DNA of 39,751 nt from NCBI GenBank assembly GCA_947258645.1, contig CAMYJL010000007.1:1-39751 (forward strand). The letters run 5' to 3'. The notes below the pieces were generated by a model. The model had not been told where the DNA came from, made no database searches, and saw only the letters and a list, made by a program, of their open reading frames with translations. Shown piece after piece: positions 1-8,165 of the stretch. The DNA comes from an uncultured Nitrospinota bacterium. GTDB lineage: Bacteria; UBA8248. The stretch's first letter is position 1, and each line of letters opens with the position of its first letter. The position numbers and the translations under genes are program-made.

Positions 1-73
1 CGAGCCACAGGCGGCGCATCTGGTACCGCCGGGCTTTTTCCGCCTCCTCCGGTGTGAGAATATCTTCGTCCAA
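1..73 (-). CDS. 5' fragment of an unidentified gene that runs off the left edge
   Basis: The minus-strand frame TTG(73-71)-DEDILTPEEAEKARRYQMRRLWL has mostly G/C third positions, like the real genes here. It is closed upstream by an in-frame TGA (94-92) and has GGAG 6 nt before the TTG. The ATG at 95-93 opens a different, Gly-rich frame with A/T third positions that looks non-coding. Only 24 codons are visible. Confidence 0.3.
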   Translation of the reverse strand, partial: MDEDILTPEEAEKARRYQMRRLWL

Positions 74-159
74 AATTTTCTCCGGCGGTTTTCATTGAAT
101 CGAAAAAATGCATCTTATCTGTTTTTGGTGCCGGGGCGATCAGAGACGCCAAAAGGTGT

Positions 160-230
160 CCCCGGAAAAGGAAGCCGCCGAATCGCAAGGGGCGGACTTT
201 TTCCCCGGAATAACCCGGAATCTCCCGGAA
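160..230. repeat. Phased CCCGGAA direct repeats (candidate operator)
   Basis: CCCGGAA occurs at 161-167, and three more copies are spaced exactly 10 bp apart at 204-210, 214-220 and 224-230 (CCCGGAAtaa CCCGGAAtct CCCGGAAgac). They lie in the non-coding gap between two divergent genes. Confidence 0.6.
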
Positions 231-321
231 GACCCCCGCCGGGCGCACCGCGCCCGGTAGCCAATATAAGGGACAAGCGGGCAAAACGCGCTACAGGAAA
301 TGCTGGGAGAAACGGGTCCAC

Positions 322-417
322 GTCATTCTGAGCCGCAGGCGAAGAATCTCTGGTAATGGCGATGGGATTCGGTTCTCCCGAAGATTCTTCACTCCGCTCC
401 GCTCCGTTCAGAATGAC
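322..417. repeat. Imperfect palindromic (REP/MITE-like) intergenic element
   Basis: GTCATTCTGAGC (322-333) pairs with GTTCAGAATGAC (406-417), and GAAGAATCT (341-349) pairs with AGATTCTTC (382-390). The right arm also carries CTCCG x3 (392-406). No credible CDS covers the element. Confidence 0.6.
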
Positions 418-663
418 AACCTGGGCGGTCGGCGGGCACCTCCCCCGCGCCGTTTTGTGGAATCATGCATTTCTCCAAATAAAATCCCCGGCAATTTGTT
501 TCAATTAAAGGCACCTTTTGAATTACCTTTATCTTTATTATCAGAAAGGAGATTTCAGGTAATCTCCGCGCCGGTGGGGAAAAATGATACAATCGGGGCG
601 GAGAGGTTTTACCGCAACCGATTGATCCTCAGACTTTTAACCTCCTGTTCCATCGGAGAGACA

Positions 664-2685
664 ATGAAGACGGAATCTGCCGTGGCCTTGACGGAAAGTC
701 CGGACAATTTCAGCAGCCACCTTCCCCAGATTGTTTATCACTCTTCCCATTTCCCGATGGAAGAATGGGGAGACATCGTTCGCCGGAACGGATTTTCCCT
801 GCGGTGCGTTCATTCGCTTTATGAAATCCACGCTGTTCCGGAGGCGTTGAGCGTTATCCTCCTCGATGAGTATCTGGCGGACGAGAAGGAGTTGGAGCAG
901 CTGAATGAAACCTGCCGGGACGGGATTCCGGTTTCCTTCGTTTCCGTCGTGCCGCCCGGCGACGAAACCGCGCTTCACGGAGAATCTTCGGAACTGGCCG
1001 CGGGCATTCTTCAAATGCCGATCACCGGCGCGACGCTTGTCTACGCCCTCCGGGCGGCATTCCGGCAGGCAAGAAACCGGCTCTCGTCCCACCGGAACAA
1101 AGTTCACGGAGAAGTCATCTCCCGCAACCTGGAAAATCTGACCCAGATCGGGATCGCGCTCTCCGCCGAACAGGACAATCACAGGCTGCTCGACCTGATA
1201 TTGACCCGGAGCCGCGAGCTGACGAAAGCGGACGCGGGAAGCCTCTACCTGGTCGAGGAATTTTCCAACGGCGAAAAAAACCTGCGCTTCAAACACACCC
1301 AAAACGACTCGAGGGATATTCCGTTCAAGGAATTCGTCATGCCCACCTCCAAGGCCAGCATTTCGGGCTACGTGGCATTGACCGGCGAGACACTCAACAT
1401 CTCGGACGTTTATCAGATACCGGCTGGCGTGGAATACGGATTCAACCAGAGCTTCGATCTCAGCGTGGACTACCGGAGCAAATCCATGCTGGTTGTTCCG
1501 ATGGTGGATCACAAGAACGAAATTATCGGCGTTCTCCAGCTCATCAACGCGAAAATGTCGCCGGACATTCTGCTTTCGGATCCGGAAACCGCCGAAAAAG
1601 AAGTCATCGCCTTCGACCCGGCCATTCAGCACATCATCCAGTCCCTCGCCAGCCAGGCGGCCGTGGCCCTGGAAAAAACGATGTTGATCGAAAGCATTCA
1701 ATCCACTTTCGAAGGACTGGTGAAAGCGTCCGCCCACGCAATCGAGCAACGGGACCCCACCACCTCGGGTCACTCGGAGCGCGTCACCGACCTCACCTGC
1801 GCCCTGGCGCAGGCGGTCAGCGATACGAAAGAGGGGCGTTACGCCGGCGTCACATTTACCGAAGAGCAGATGAAGGAGCTCCGCTACGCCGGGCTGCTCC
1901 ATGACTTCGGAAAAATCGGAGTCCAGGAGCAGGTTCTTTTGAAAGAAAACAAGCTCTATCCGGTGCAACTGGAAGCCATTAAAAACCGCTTTAATTTCAT
2001 CATGCAGAGCATTCAAGGCGAGTTCCAGGACAGGATCATCCAGCGCGCGCTGGATGGAGACAAAGAAAACGTCGAAGAACTCCGGAAAGAGCAAAGCCGG
2101 AGAATCACCGAGACCCGGGCATATCTCGATCTGATCCTCCGGGCGGACGTTCCGACGATGATGCCCGACGGGGAGTTCGATGAGCTGGCAAAGCTGGGAG
2201 ACCTGTACTACTGCGATTCTGACGGAAGGGAAAAACCCTATTTAACGCCTAAGGAATTTCAGGCCCTTTCCCTGAAAAAGGGAAATCTCACCAACGAGGA
2301 AAGAAAGGAAATCGAGTCCCACGCCTCGCAAAGCTACGATTTCCTCGTTCAGATTCCCTGGACAAAAGAGCTGCGCGGCATTCCCGAAATCGCCCACGGG
2401 CACCACGAAAAGCTGAACGGAGAGGGCTATCCGCGCGGTTTGAGCGAGGACGAGATTGTCCTCCAGGCAAAACTCATGTGCGTCTGCGACATTTTCGACG
2501 CGCTGACGGCCTCGGACCGGCCTTACAAAAAAGCCGCCTCGCTCGAAAAGGCCATCGAGATTCTCCGGTGGGAGGTCAAGGACGGCCATCTCTGCCCGGA
2601 ACTGGTCGACATTTTCGTCAAACAAAAAATCTACCAGGCGGTTGAGACATTCCGAAACGCCGATTATATTGAACCGGACTCCTAA
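664..2685 (+). CDS. GAF + HD-GYP domain protein (putative c-di-GMP phosphodiesterase) with a degenerate receiver-like N-terminus
   Basis: ORF 457..2685 is trimmed to ATG 664, which has GGAGAG 3 nt upstream. HD-GYP motifs are HDFGKIG, HHEKLNGEGYP and CDIFDALTASDRPYK. The central region is GAF-like (LTKADAGSLYLV ... MLVVPMVDHKNEIIGVLQLIN). The N-terminal ~130 aa are receiver-like (VILLDEYL). Confidence 0.85.
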   Translation: MKTESAVALTESPDNFSSHLPQIVYHSSHFPMEEWGDIVRRNGFSLRCVHSLYEIHAVPEALSVILLDEYLADEKELEQLNETCRDGIPVSFVSVVPPGDETALHGESSELAAGILQMPITGATLVYALRAAFRQARNRLSSHRNKVHGEVISRNLENLTQIGIALSAEQDNHRLLDLILTRSRELTKADAGSLYLVEEFSNGEKNLRFKHTQNDSRDIPFKEFVMPTSKASISGYVALTGETLNISDVYQIPAGVEYGFNQSFDLSVDYRSKSMLVVPMVDHKNEIIGVLQLINAKMSPDILLSDPETAEKEVIAFDPAIQHIIQSLASQAAVALEKTMLIESIQSTFEGLVKASAHAIEQRDPTTSGHSERVTDLTCALAQAVSDTKEGRYAGVTFTEEQMKELRYAGLLHDFGKIGVQEQVLLKENKLYPVQLEAIKNRFNFIMQSIQGEFQDRIIQRALDGDKENVEELRKEQSRRITETRAYLDLILRADVPTMMPDGEFDELAKLGDLYYCDSDGREKPYLTPKEFQALSLKKGNLTNEERKEIESHASQSYDFLVQIPWTKELRGIPEIAHGHHEKLNGEGYPRGLSEDEIVLQAKLMCVCDIFDALTASDRPYKKAASLEKAIEILRWEVKDGHLCPELVDIFVKQKIYQAVETFRNADYIEPDS

Positions 2686-2716
2686 ACACCCGGGAACCCA
2701 TATCTTGGAGAGAACC

Positions 2717-3754
2717 GTGAGCCGACGCTTTATCGACATGAGAAGCGACACGGCGACCCGGCCCACGCCCGCGATGCGCGAGGCAATGACGCGGGCGGAG
2801 GTGGGCGACGATTCCTCGGGCGAAGACCCGACGGTCAACGCCCTGCTCGAGCGCGCCGCCTCGATGTTCGGCAAGGAAACCGCCCTGTTCGTCCCTACGG
2901 GGACGCAGGCGAACCAGATCGCCATCAAGGTCTATACGAATCCGGGCGATGAGATCATCGCCGATCCGACATGCCATCCCTACCGGAGCGAGCTGGGCGC
3001 CGCCGCCCTGATTTCGGGGGTCCAGTTTTCTTTCGTCGACGCCGAACGAGGGGTCTACTCCCGGGAAGAGGCGGAGTCCGTTCATCGCGCGCTGGCCGAG
3101 CGGACGCCGCGCAGCGCGATCATCTGGGTCGAGAATACGCATAACGCCGGAGGCGGTCAGATTTTCCCTCTGGAAAAATTGAAAAGCCTTCGCGCCCTTT
3201 CTCTTCAAAAAGGGATTCCGCTCCACATCGACGGGGCGCGGATTTTCAACGCCATCGTCGCCTCAGGCGTTTCGCCCCGGGAGTGGGGAGAGCAGTGCGA
3301 TTCCCTGAACTTCTGCCTCTCGAAAGGGCTGGGTTGTCCGGTGGGCTCTCTTCTCCTCGGACCGAAAGAATTCATCCGGAAAGCCTGGAAGTGCAAGAAA
3401 TTCCTGGGCGGTGGCTGGCGTCAGGCAGGCATCCTCGCCGCGGCGGGGCTTTACGCTCTTGAAAATCATGTCGAGCGCCTGGCGGAGGACCATGAAAACG
3501 CCCGGCGGTTCGCCGAATTGACCGCGGACGTTCCGGGCGTTCGGCACATGTACGAGAACACTCCGACGAACATCGTCTTCCTGGATGTTTCCGGAACGAA
3601 TCTTTCGGCCCCGGAGATAAGCGGCCGCCTGAAGGAACGGGGCGTCGGCTTTTCCGTTTTCGGGAACTCGACGATACGGGCGGTCACGCATATCGACGTG
3701 GCCCGCGAGGATGTGGATCAGGCGGCGAAGGCATTGGCCGAGGCCGTTGCGTGA
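2717..3754 (+). CDS. ltaE: Low-specificity L-threonine aldolase (PLP-dependent)
   Basis: Motifs are RSDTATRPTPAMREAM, GDDSSGEDPTVNALLE, VPTGTQANQIA and FCLSKGLGCPVGS (PLP lysine). The start is moved to GTG 2717, which has GGAGAG 5 nt upstream. The 2642 start would overlap the preceding gene. Confidence 0.85.
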   Translation: MSRRFIDMRSDTATRPTPAMREAMTRAEVGDDSSGEDPTVNALLERAASMFGKETALFVPTGTQANQIAIKVYTNPGDEIIADPTCHPYRSELGAAALISGVQFSFVDAERGVYSREEAESVHRALAERTPRSAIIWVENTHNAGGGQIFPLEKLKSLRALSLQKGIPLHIDGARIFNAIVASGVSPREWGEQCDSLNFCLSKGLGCPVGSLLLGPKEFIRKAWKCKKFLGGGWRQAGILAAAGLYALENHVERLAEDHENARRFAELTADVPGVRHMYENTPTNIVFLDVSGTNLSAPEISGRLKERGVGFSVFGNSTIRAVTHIDVAREDVDQAAKALAEAVA

Positions 3755-4533
3755 GCGGGACGGCCCGCGTCATTGTTCTCGGCTGCGGGACGTCAACGGG
3801 CGTTCCGGCCATCGGCTGTCTGGAGCCGACCTGTCTTTCGGACGATCCGCGCAACAAACGGCTGCGGGCCAGCATCCTGATCGAAAACGAGGACGCGAAT
3901 CTCCTCGTCGATTCCGGGCCCGATCTGAGACAGCAGGCGCTGACGCACAATATCCGCCGCGTGGACGCCGTGGTCTATACCCACCATCACGCCGACCACA
4001 CCCACGGCATCGACGATCTGCGCGTCTTCAACTTCATCATGAAAAAAACGATCCCGTGCTACGCCTACCCCGATACGGCGAAGGTGCTCCGCCGAAATTT
4101 TCGCTACATCTTCGGAGAGGAGGAGAAATACACCGGCTTCCGGCCCCAGCTGACGCTGGCGGACGTGGACGGGACACCCTTCGAGGCGGCCGGGATGTGC
4201 ATCCGCCCCTTCCCGCTTGAGCACGGCGGCTCGCTCGTGATGGGAATCCGGGTCGGAGACTTTGCCTACGCGACGGACTGCAGCGGGATTTCGCCCGAGT
4301 CAATGGAGATTCTCAACGGGGTCAGGGTGCTCATCCTCGACGCGCTGCGGCACCGGGAGCACCCTTCGCACTTCACCGTGGAACAGGCGCTCGAGGTCGT
4401 CGACATTCTCAAGCCCGAGAAAACCTACTTCACCCACACCAACTACGAGCTGGAATATCACGAGACGAACCGCTCCCTGCCCGAAGGCGTCGAGATGGCC
4501 TACGACGGCCTGGAGATCGAGATCGCGCTTTAG
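3751..4533 (+). CDS. MBL-fold metallo-hydrolase (PhnP-like)
   Basis: The N-terminus is VIVLGCGTSTGVP, and HHHADHTHG supplies the HxHxDH metal motif. The GTG start overlaps the ltaE stop (GTGA), which suggests translational coupling. Confidence 0.8.
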   Translation: MSGTARVIVLGCGTSTGVPAIGCLEPTCLSDDPRNKRLRASILIENEDANLLVDSGPDLRQQALTHNIRRVDAVVYTHHHADHTHGIDDLRVFNFIMKKTIPCYAYPDTAKVLRRNFRYIFGEEEKYTGFRPQLTLADVDGTPFEAAGMCIRPFPLEHGGSLVMGIRVGDFAYATDCSGISPESMEILNGVRVLILDALRHREHPSHFTVEQALEVVDILKPEKTYFTHTNYELEYHETNRSLPEGVEMAYDGLEIEIAL

Positions 4534-4636
4534 GGCGGGGTTTGCGCTTTAGGCTTTTCTCGTTTCGGGTAATTTCCCATCAGACGGAGCTTGTCCGGCC
4601 GGGGATGAATCCGGGCGGAGCGGCTTTGCGGCGGGC

Positions 4637-5533
4637 CTACTCCGTGGGAGGATGGTTCTCTTCCGGATTTTCTCCGCCCGGTGCGGCTCCGGGCGGCTCG
4701 GACCCAAACGGATCGATAACGCCGGGGATTTCCCCCCCGCCCGCCGCGCTCTTGTCATCAGCTTCCGGCGGGGCGAGGTCGAGATAAAGGAGGTAGGAAG
4801 CGATAAAATAAGGGATCGATGTCGTCATCACCCCGGCCTGAAACATCAGTGACCCAAGGATGCCTCCTCCGAATAAAATGGTCGAAACCACCCAGACCAT
4901 AAACCAGAGAAAAAAGAAGGGGATCAACAAGGAGATGACGAGGCGCTCGCCGCCCGAGGAGAGGACACCGGCGAGCTGAAAGGATTCGGTAAGGCGTGTC
5001 TTGTGAAAAAGCGAGACGTACGAAGCAAAATAATAGCGGACAAATGGACCCATTAAAACGGCCATGGCGATCATGCCGGCAACGAGAAACGCCATCGGGT
5101 TGCTGCCCAAGAGGAGTCCCGCCACCATCATCGCCACCCAGAAGACCACGAATCCCGTTATCTGAAGCCCGAAAAAATACACCAGGTCGACCAGCACCAC
5201 GCGTCCGAAACAGGCATAAGCCGTGGAGAAGTCCCAGACGTCCTCCCCCGACTTTCTCCGCGCATCGATTCTCAGGATGATCATGATCAGCACGAACGTC
5301 TGGAGCACACGCAGCATCAACTGGGAAACGAGCATCCGAGGGAGGAGCGCGATAATCCCTTCCACATTCTTGGGGATGTTTTCCATCGCAGGATGAATGA
5401 AAAGGACCAGCAGCGATATGGGAACATAAACCAAGAGCGCCCCGGCCGTGAGCTGGGTGAAATCCTCCCGGTAGAGCCGCACGCCGAACTCCAGATATCT
5501 CGAAAGCGGCCGCAACTCCTTTTCCTCTGCCAT
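4637..5533 (-). CDS. Hypothetical polytopic membrane protein with a Pro/Gly/acidic C-terminal tail
   Basis: ORF 4637..6070 is trimmed to the MSAMAEEK region. ATG 5533 has GGAG 9 nt upstream; ATG 5542 is the alternative start. There are about 6 hydrophobic helices (for example VLVDLVYFFGLQITGFVVFWVAMMVAGLLL). No family was recognised. Confidence 0.6.
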   Translation of the reverse strand: MAEEKELRPLSRYLEFGVRLYREDFTQLTAGALLVYVPISLLVLFIHPAMENIPKNVEGIIALLPRMLVSQLMLRVLQTFVLIMIILRIDARRKSGEDVWDFSTAYACFGRVVLVDLVYFFGLQITGFVVFWVAMMVAGLLLGSNPMAFLVAGMIAMAVLMGPFVRYYFASYVSLFHKTRLTESFQLAGVLSSGGERLVISLLIPFFFLWFMVWVVSTILFGGGILGSLMFQAGVMTTSIPYFIASYLLYLDLAPPEADDKSAAGGGEIPGVIDPFGSEPPGAAPGGENPEENHPPTE

Positions 5534-5846
5534 AGCGGACATCTCCAACAACGAAAAATCGGGAAACCGGAATTTCGCCCGAAAAGCGCTGCATCCCGGG
5601 GGAAGAGAGTCCCTCCTCGCGGCCCCATTTCGAGCCGCTCCATCCGAAACCCCGGTATAGAGCCTAAAAACAAACAATTCCAGCCAAAAACCCGAGCGGC
5701 GCCATTTGCCTTTCGGCGTCAGGGAAAGATACACTAGCGCCAGAATTTTTTCAGCATTTTTGGCCCCCCCGCCGATATATGCGCCCCTTCGCCCGGCCGG
5801 GCAGCCATCGCGCTGGCCAGCCCGTTCGCCCGCAGGAATTGATCTC

Positions 5847-6647
5847 ATGGATAGCCGGTTGGGTTCAGGCTCAGCCGTTGCCGGGGGCATATCGGCCCTC
5901 GGGCGGCAGACTCTCGACCTTGTCTCCGAAATGGGGAGGATGGCCATCTTCCTCCTCTTCGCCGTCTGGTGCCTCATTCTTCCCCCCTGGCGCCCCTCGC
6001 TGATCGTGAAACAGATCAACTTCATCGGAGTCGGCTCCCTTTCCATCGTCATCCTCACCTCCCTCTTCACGGGAATGGTGCTCGCCCTTCAGGGGTTCTA
6101 CACGCTCTCCAAATTCGGTTCCGAGGGCCTGCTCGGCCCCGCCGTCGCCCTGAGCCTCATCCGAGAGCTCGGGCCCGTGCTCTCGGCCCTGGTCATCGCA
6201 GGCCGGGCCGGTTCCGCCATGGCAGCCGAAATCGGAATCATGGTCATCACCGAGCAGGTCGACGCGCTCAAGACCATGGCCGTCAATCCCGTCCAGCGGC
6301 TCGTCTCCCCCCGCATCGCCGCCGGCATCATCGCGATTCCCCTGCTGACCGCGCTTTTCGACGTGGTAGGCATCTTCGGAGGCTATCTCATCGGCGTGAA
6401 GCTGCTCGGCCTGAGCGGGGGCACCTACCTCGGCGAGATGCAGGCCCAGGTGGAAATGCTCGACATCACCGGGGGAATCTGGAAATCCCTGGTTTTCGCG
6501 ATTCTGGTCACCTGGGTTTGTTGCTATAAGGGATACCATTGCGGGCACGGCGCCGAAGGCGTGGGAAGAGCCACGACCTCGGCGGTCGTTCTGTCCACCG
6601 TCCTGATCCTGGTCGGGGATTATGTCCTGACTTCGATTCTTTTCTAA
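5847..6647 (+). CDS. mlaE: MlaE/YrbE-family ABC transporter permease
   Basis: The recognised sequence is LIRELGPVLSALVIAGRAGSAMAAEIGIMVITEQVDALKTMAVNPVQRLVSPRI. The start is trimmed to ATG 5847 (AGGA upstream), giving about 266 aa, the normal family size. Confidence 0.85.
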   Translation: MDSRLGSGSAVAGGISALGRQTLDLVSEMGRMAIFLLFAVWCLILPPWRPSLIVKQINFIGVGSLSIVILTSLFTGMVLALQGFYTLSKFGSEGLLGPAVALSLIRELGPVLSALVIAGRAGSAMAAEIGIMVITEQVDALKTMAVNPVQRLVSPRIAAGIIAIPLLTALFDVVGIFGGYLIGVKLLGLSGGTYLGEMQAQVEMLDITGGIWKSLVFAILVTWVCCYKGYHCGHGAEGVGRATTSAVVLSTVLILVGDYVLTSILF

Positions 6648-6667
6648 AATGACGAGAGGAAGGACAA

Positions 6668-7111
6668 TTGTCCCAACGAGATATTGAATTTTCCGTCGGC
6701 ATATTCGTCCTGATCGGAATCCTGGCACTCGGTTACCTGTCCATCCAGCTGGGCGGCCTGGATCTGTTCGGCAACTCCTCGTACAAAATCGGCGCCAAGT
6801 TCTCCTCCGTCACGGGCCTGCGTTCGGGCGCCTCGATCGAAATGGCGGGCGTCAAAGTCGGCTGGGTCGATAAAATCGCGCTCGACGGCGAAGAGGCACT
6901 CGTCACGATGCGGATCAACGACTCCGTCGAGCTCTCCCATGATTCCATCGCCTCCATCCGCACAAAAGGCATTCTGGGAGACAAATACATTCGCCTGAGC
7001 CAGGGCGGATCCGATAAAATCATCAAGCCTGGCGGGCTGATCCGGGAGACGGAGCCCCCCATCGACATCGAAAAACTTCTCGGCGAATTCATCTACGGTA
7101 AGGTAAAATAA
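6668..7111 (+). CDS. mlaD: MlaD (MCE-domain) lipid-transport protein
   Basis: It has one N-terminal TM helix (VGIFVLIGILALGYLSI) and an MCE domain (GLRSGASIEMAGVKVGWV, GILGDKYIRL). The TTG start is preceded by GAGAGGAAGGA, and there is a 20-nt gap after mlaE. Confidence 0.85.
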   Translation: MSQRDIEFSVGIFVLIGILALGYLSIQLGGLDLFGNSSYKIGAKFSSVTGLRSGASIEMAGVKVGWVDKIALDGEEALVTMRINDSVELSHDSIASIRTKGILGDKYIRLSQGGSDKIIKPGGLIRETEPPIDIEKLLGEFIYGKVK

Positions 7112-7213
7112 GAGGGATTTTCGGAACCCCCCGCCGTCTCGATACGGGGGTTCCACGCGCCGCTTCCCGCCGCCTGCCTGGCGGAAAAGGCAGATCGAGG
7201 AGATGACGTCCAG

Positions 7214-7831
7214 ATGAAATCAACGCCCGTTTTCAAATCCTTCGTGCTCTTTATCCTGGCCGCGGCGATTGCCCTCGCATTCTGGGCGGCCCCCGCCGCA
7301 GCGGGCGAGCCCACCCAGCAGCTCAAATCGGGCATCAACTCCGTCCTCGACATTCTCCGCGACACCAGCCTCAAGGGAGACGCCAAGAAAACCGAGCGCC
7401 GCTCGAAGCTGCTCCAGGCGATTGGCAAGCGATTCGACTTCGAGGAAATGGCCCGCCGCTCCCTCGCCCGGCACTGGAAAAAGCGGAACAGCAAGGAACG
7501 GGAAGAGTTTGTCGTCCTTTTCAGCGGAATTCTCGGGAAAAGCTACATCGGCAAGATCGAAAGCTACACGGACGAAAAAATCCAATACCTCAAGGAAAAG
7601 GCCGACGACGAATTCGCCCGGGTGAAAACCCTCATCGTGACCAAGCGAAAGCAGGAAATCGCCATCACTTACCGCATGCACAAAGTGGCCAACAAGTGGA
7701 TGGTGTACGACGTCATCGTCGAAGGCGTCAGCCTCGTCAACACCTACCGCCAGCAGTTCCGTTCGTTTCTCCGGAAGTCCTCCTACGGCGGCCTCGTGAA
7801 AAAACTCCGGGAAAAGCAAGGCGAGGGCTAG
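7214..7831 (+). CDS. mlaC: MlaC/Ttg2D-family periplasmic phospholipid-binding protein
   Basis: It has a signal peptide (FVLFILAAAIALAFWAAPAAAG) and the motifs FDFEEMARRSLARHWKK and WMVYDVIVEGVSLVNTYRQQF. Confidence 0.8.
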   Translation: MKSTPVFKSFVLFILAAAIALAFWAAPAAAGEPTQQLKSGINSVLDILRDTSLKGDAKKTERRSKLLQAIGKRFDFEEMARRSLARHWKKRNSKEREEFVVLFSGILGKSYIGKIESYTDEKIQYLKEKADDEFARVKTLIVTKRKQEIAITYRMHKVANKWMVYDVIVEGVSLVNTYRQQFRSFLRKSSYGGLVKKLREKQGEG

Positions 7832-8159
7832 CCGGGTCGCCCGCGGCGGGCGTCCTCCCCTCGATCTTCGGCAGGGGATATTTTCGCCCCACCTCGGTGT
7901 GATCGCGCAGCCCCATCGCCTCTCGCTGGACGATGAGGTAGTACCGGTACTTCTCGGCATCATCCATCGCCTGGTGGAGCACCTGCTCCAGGCGCGCCTT
8001 TCGGGCGGCGGCCGCCGCCGGGCACCGCTCCCACCGCTCCATCGCCCGCCAGGCCCGCTGGTGGAACTTCGTCAGTTCCCGCCCGATCCGCCCCAGCGTG
8101 CCCGCGATCTCCTCGGCGATCTCTTTTTCCACCGCCAGCGGCGTGAATTTTTTCGACAT
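7737..8159 (-). CDS. Hypothetical small helical protein, immediately downstream of the MFS gene
   Basis: The ATG at 8159 lies 6 nt after the MFS stop. Third positions are strongly G/C through about residue 100 (..YYLIVQREAMGLRDHTEVGRKYPLPKIEG). The last ~95 nt overlap the 3' end of mlaC. No family was recognised. Confidence 0.6.
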   Translation of the reverse strand: MSKKFTPLAVEKEIAEEIAGTLGRIGRELTKFHQRAWRAMERWERCPAAAAARKARLEQVLHQAMDDAEKYRYYLIVQREAMGLRDHTEVGRKYPLPKIEGRTPAAGDPASPRLAFPGVFSRGRRRRTSGETNGTAGGRC

Positions 8160-8165
8160 GGCTCT

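Noticed and set aside
95-331. 78-aa (+) and 68-aa (-) ORFs in the left intergenic region.
   Set aside because: The translations are Pro/Arg/Gly-rich, neither ORF has an SD, and the region is better explained by the phased repeats and the palindromic element.
584-660. A 13-codon uORF (584-625), and a possible SD-sequestering switch upstream of the HD-GYP gene (GAGGUU 603-608 / AACCUC 639-644 versus CUCC 642-645 / GGAG 655-658).
   Set aside because: The stems are only 4-6 bp, and nothing distinguishes them from chance pairing. There is no known riboswitch-like core.
637-2094. A 485-aa ORF antisense to the HD-GYP gene.
   Set aside because: It has no recognisable motifs and an Arg/Gly/Pro-rich composition. 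It lies entirely opposite a gene with strong domain signatures. This is a typical stop-codon-poor antisense frame in GC-rich DNA.
5543-6070. The N-terminal 176 codons of the 477-aa membrane-protein ORF.
   Set aside because: The extension is basic and low-complexity, would overlap the mlaE start region, and the hydrophobic protein begins at MSAMAEEK.
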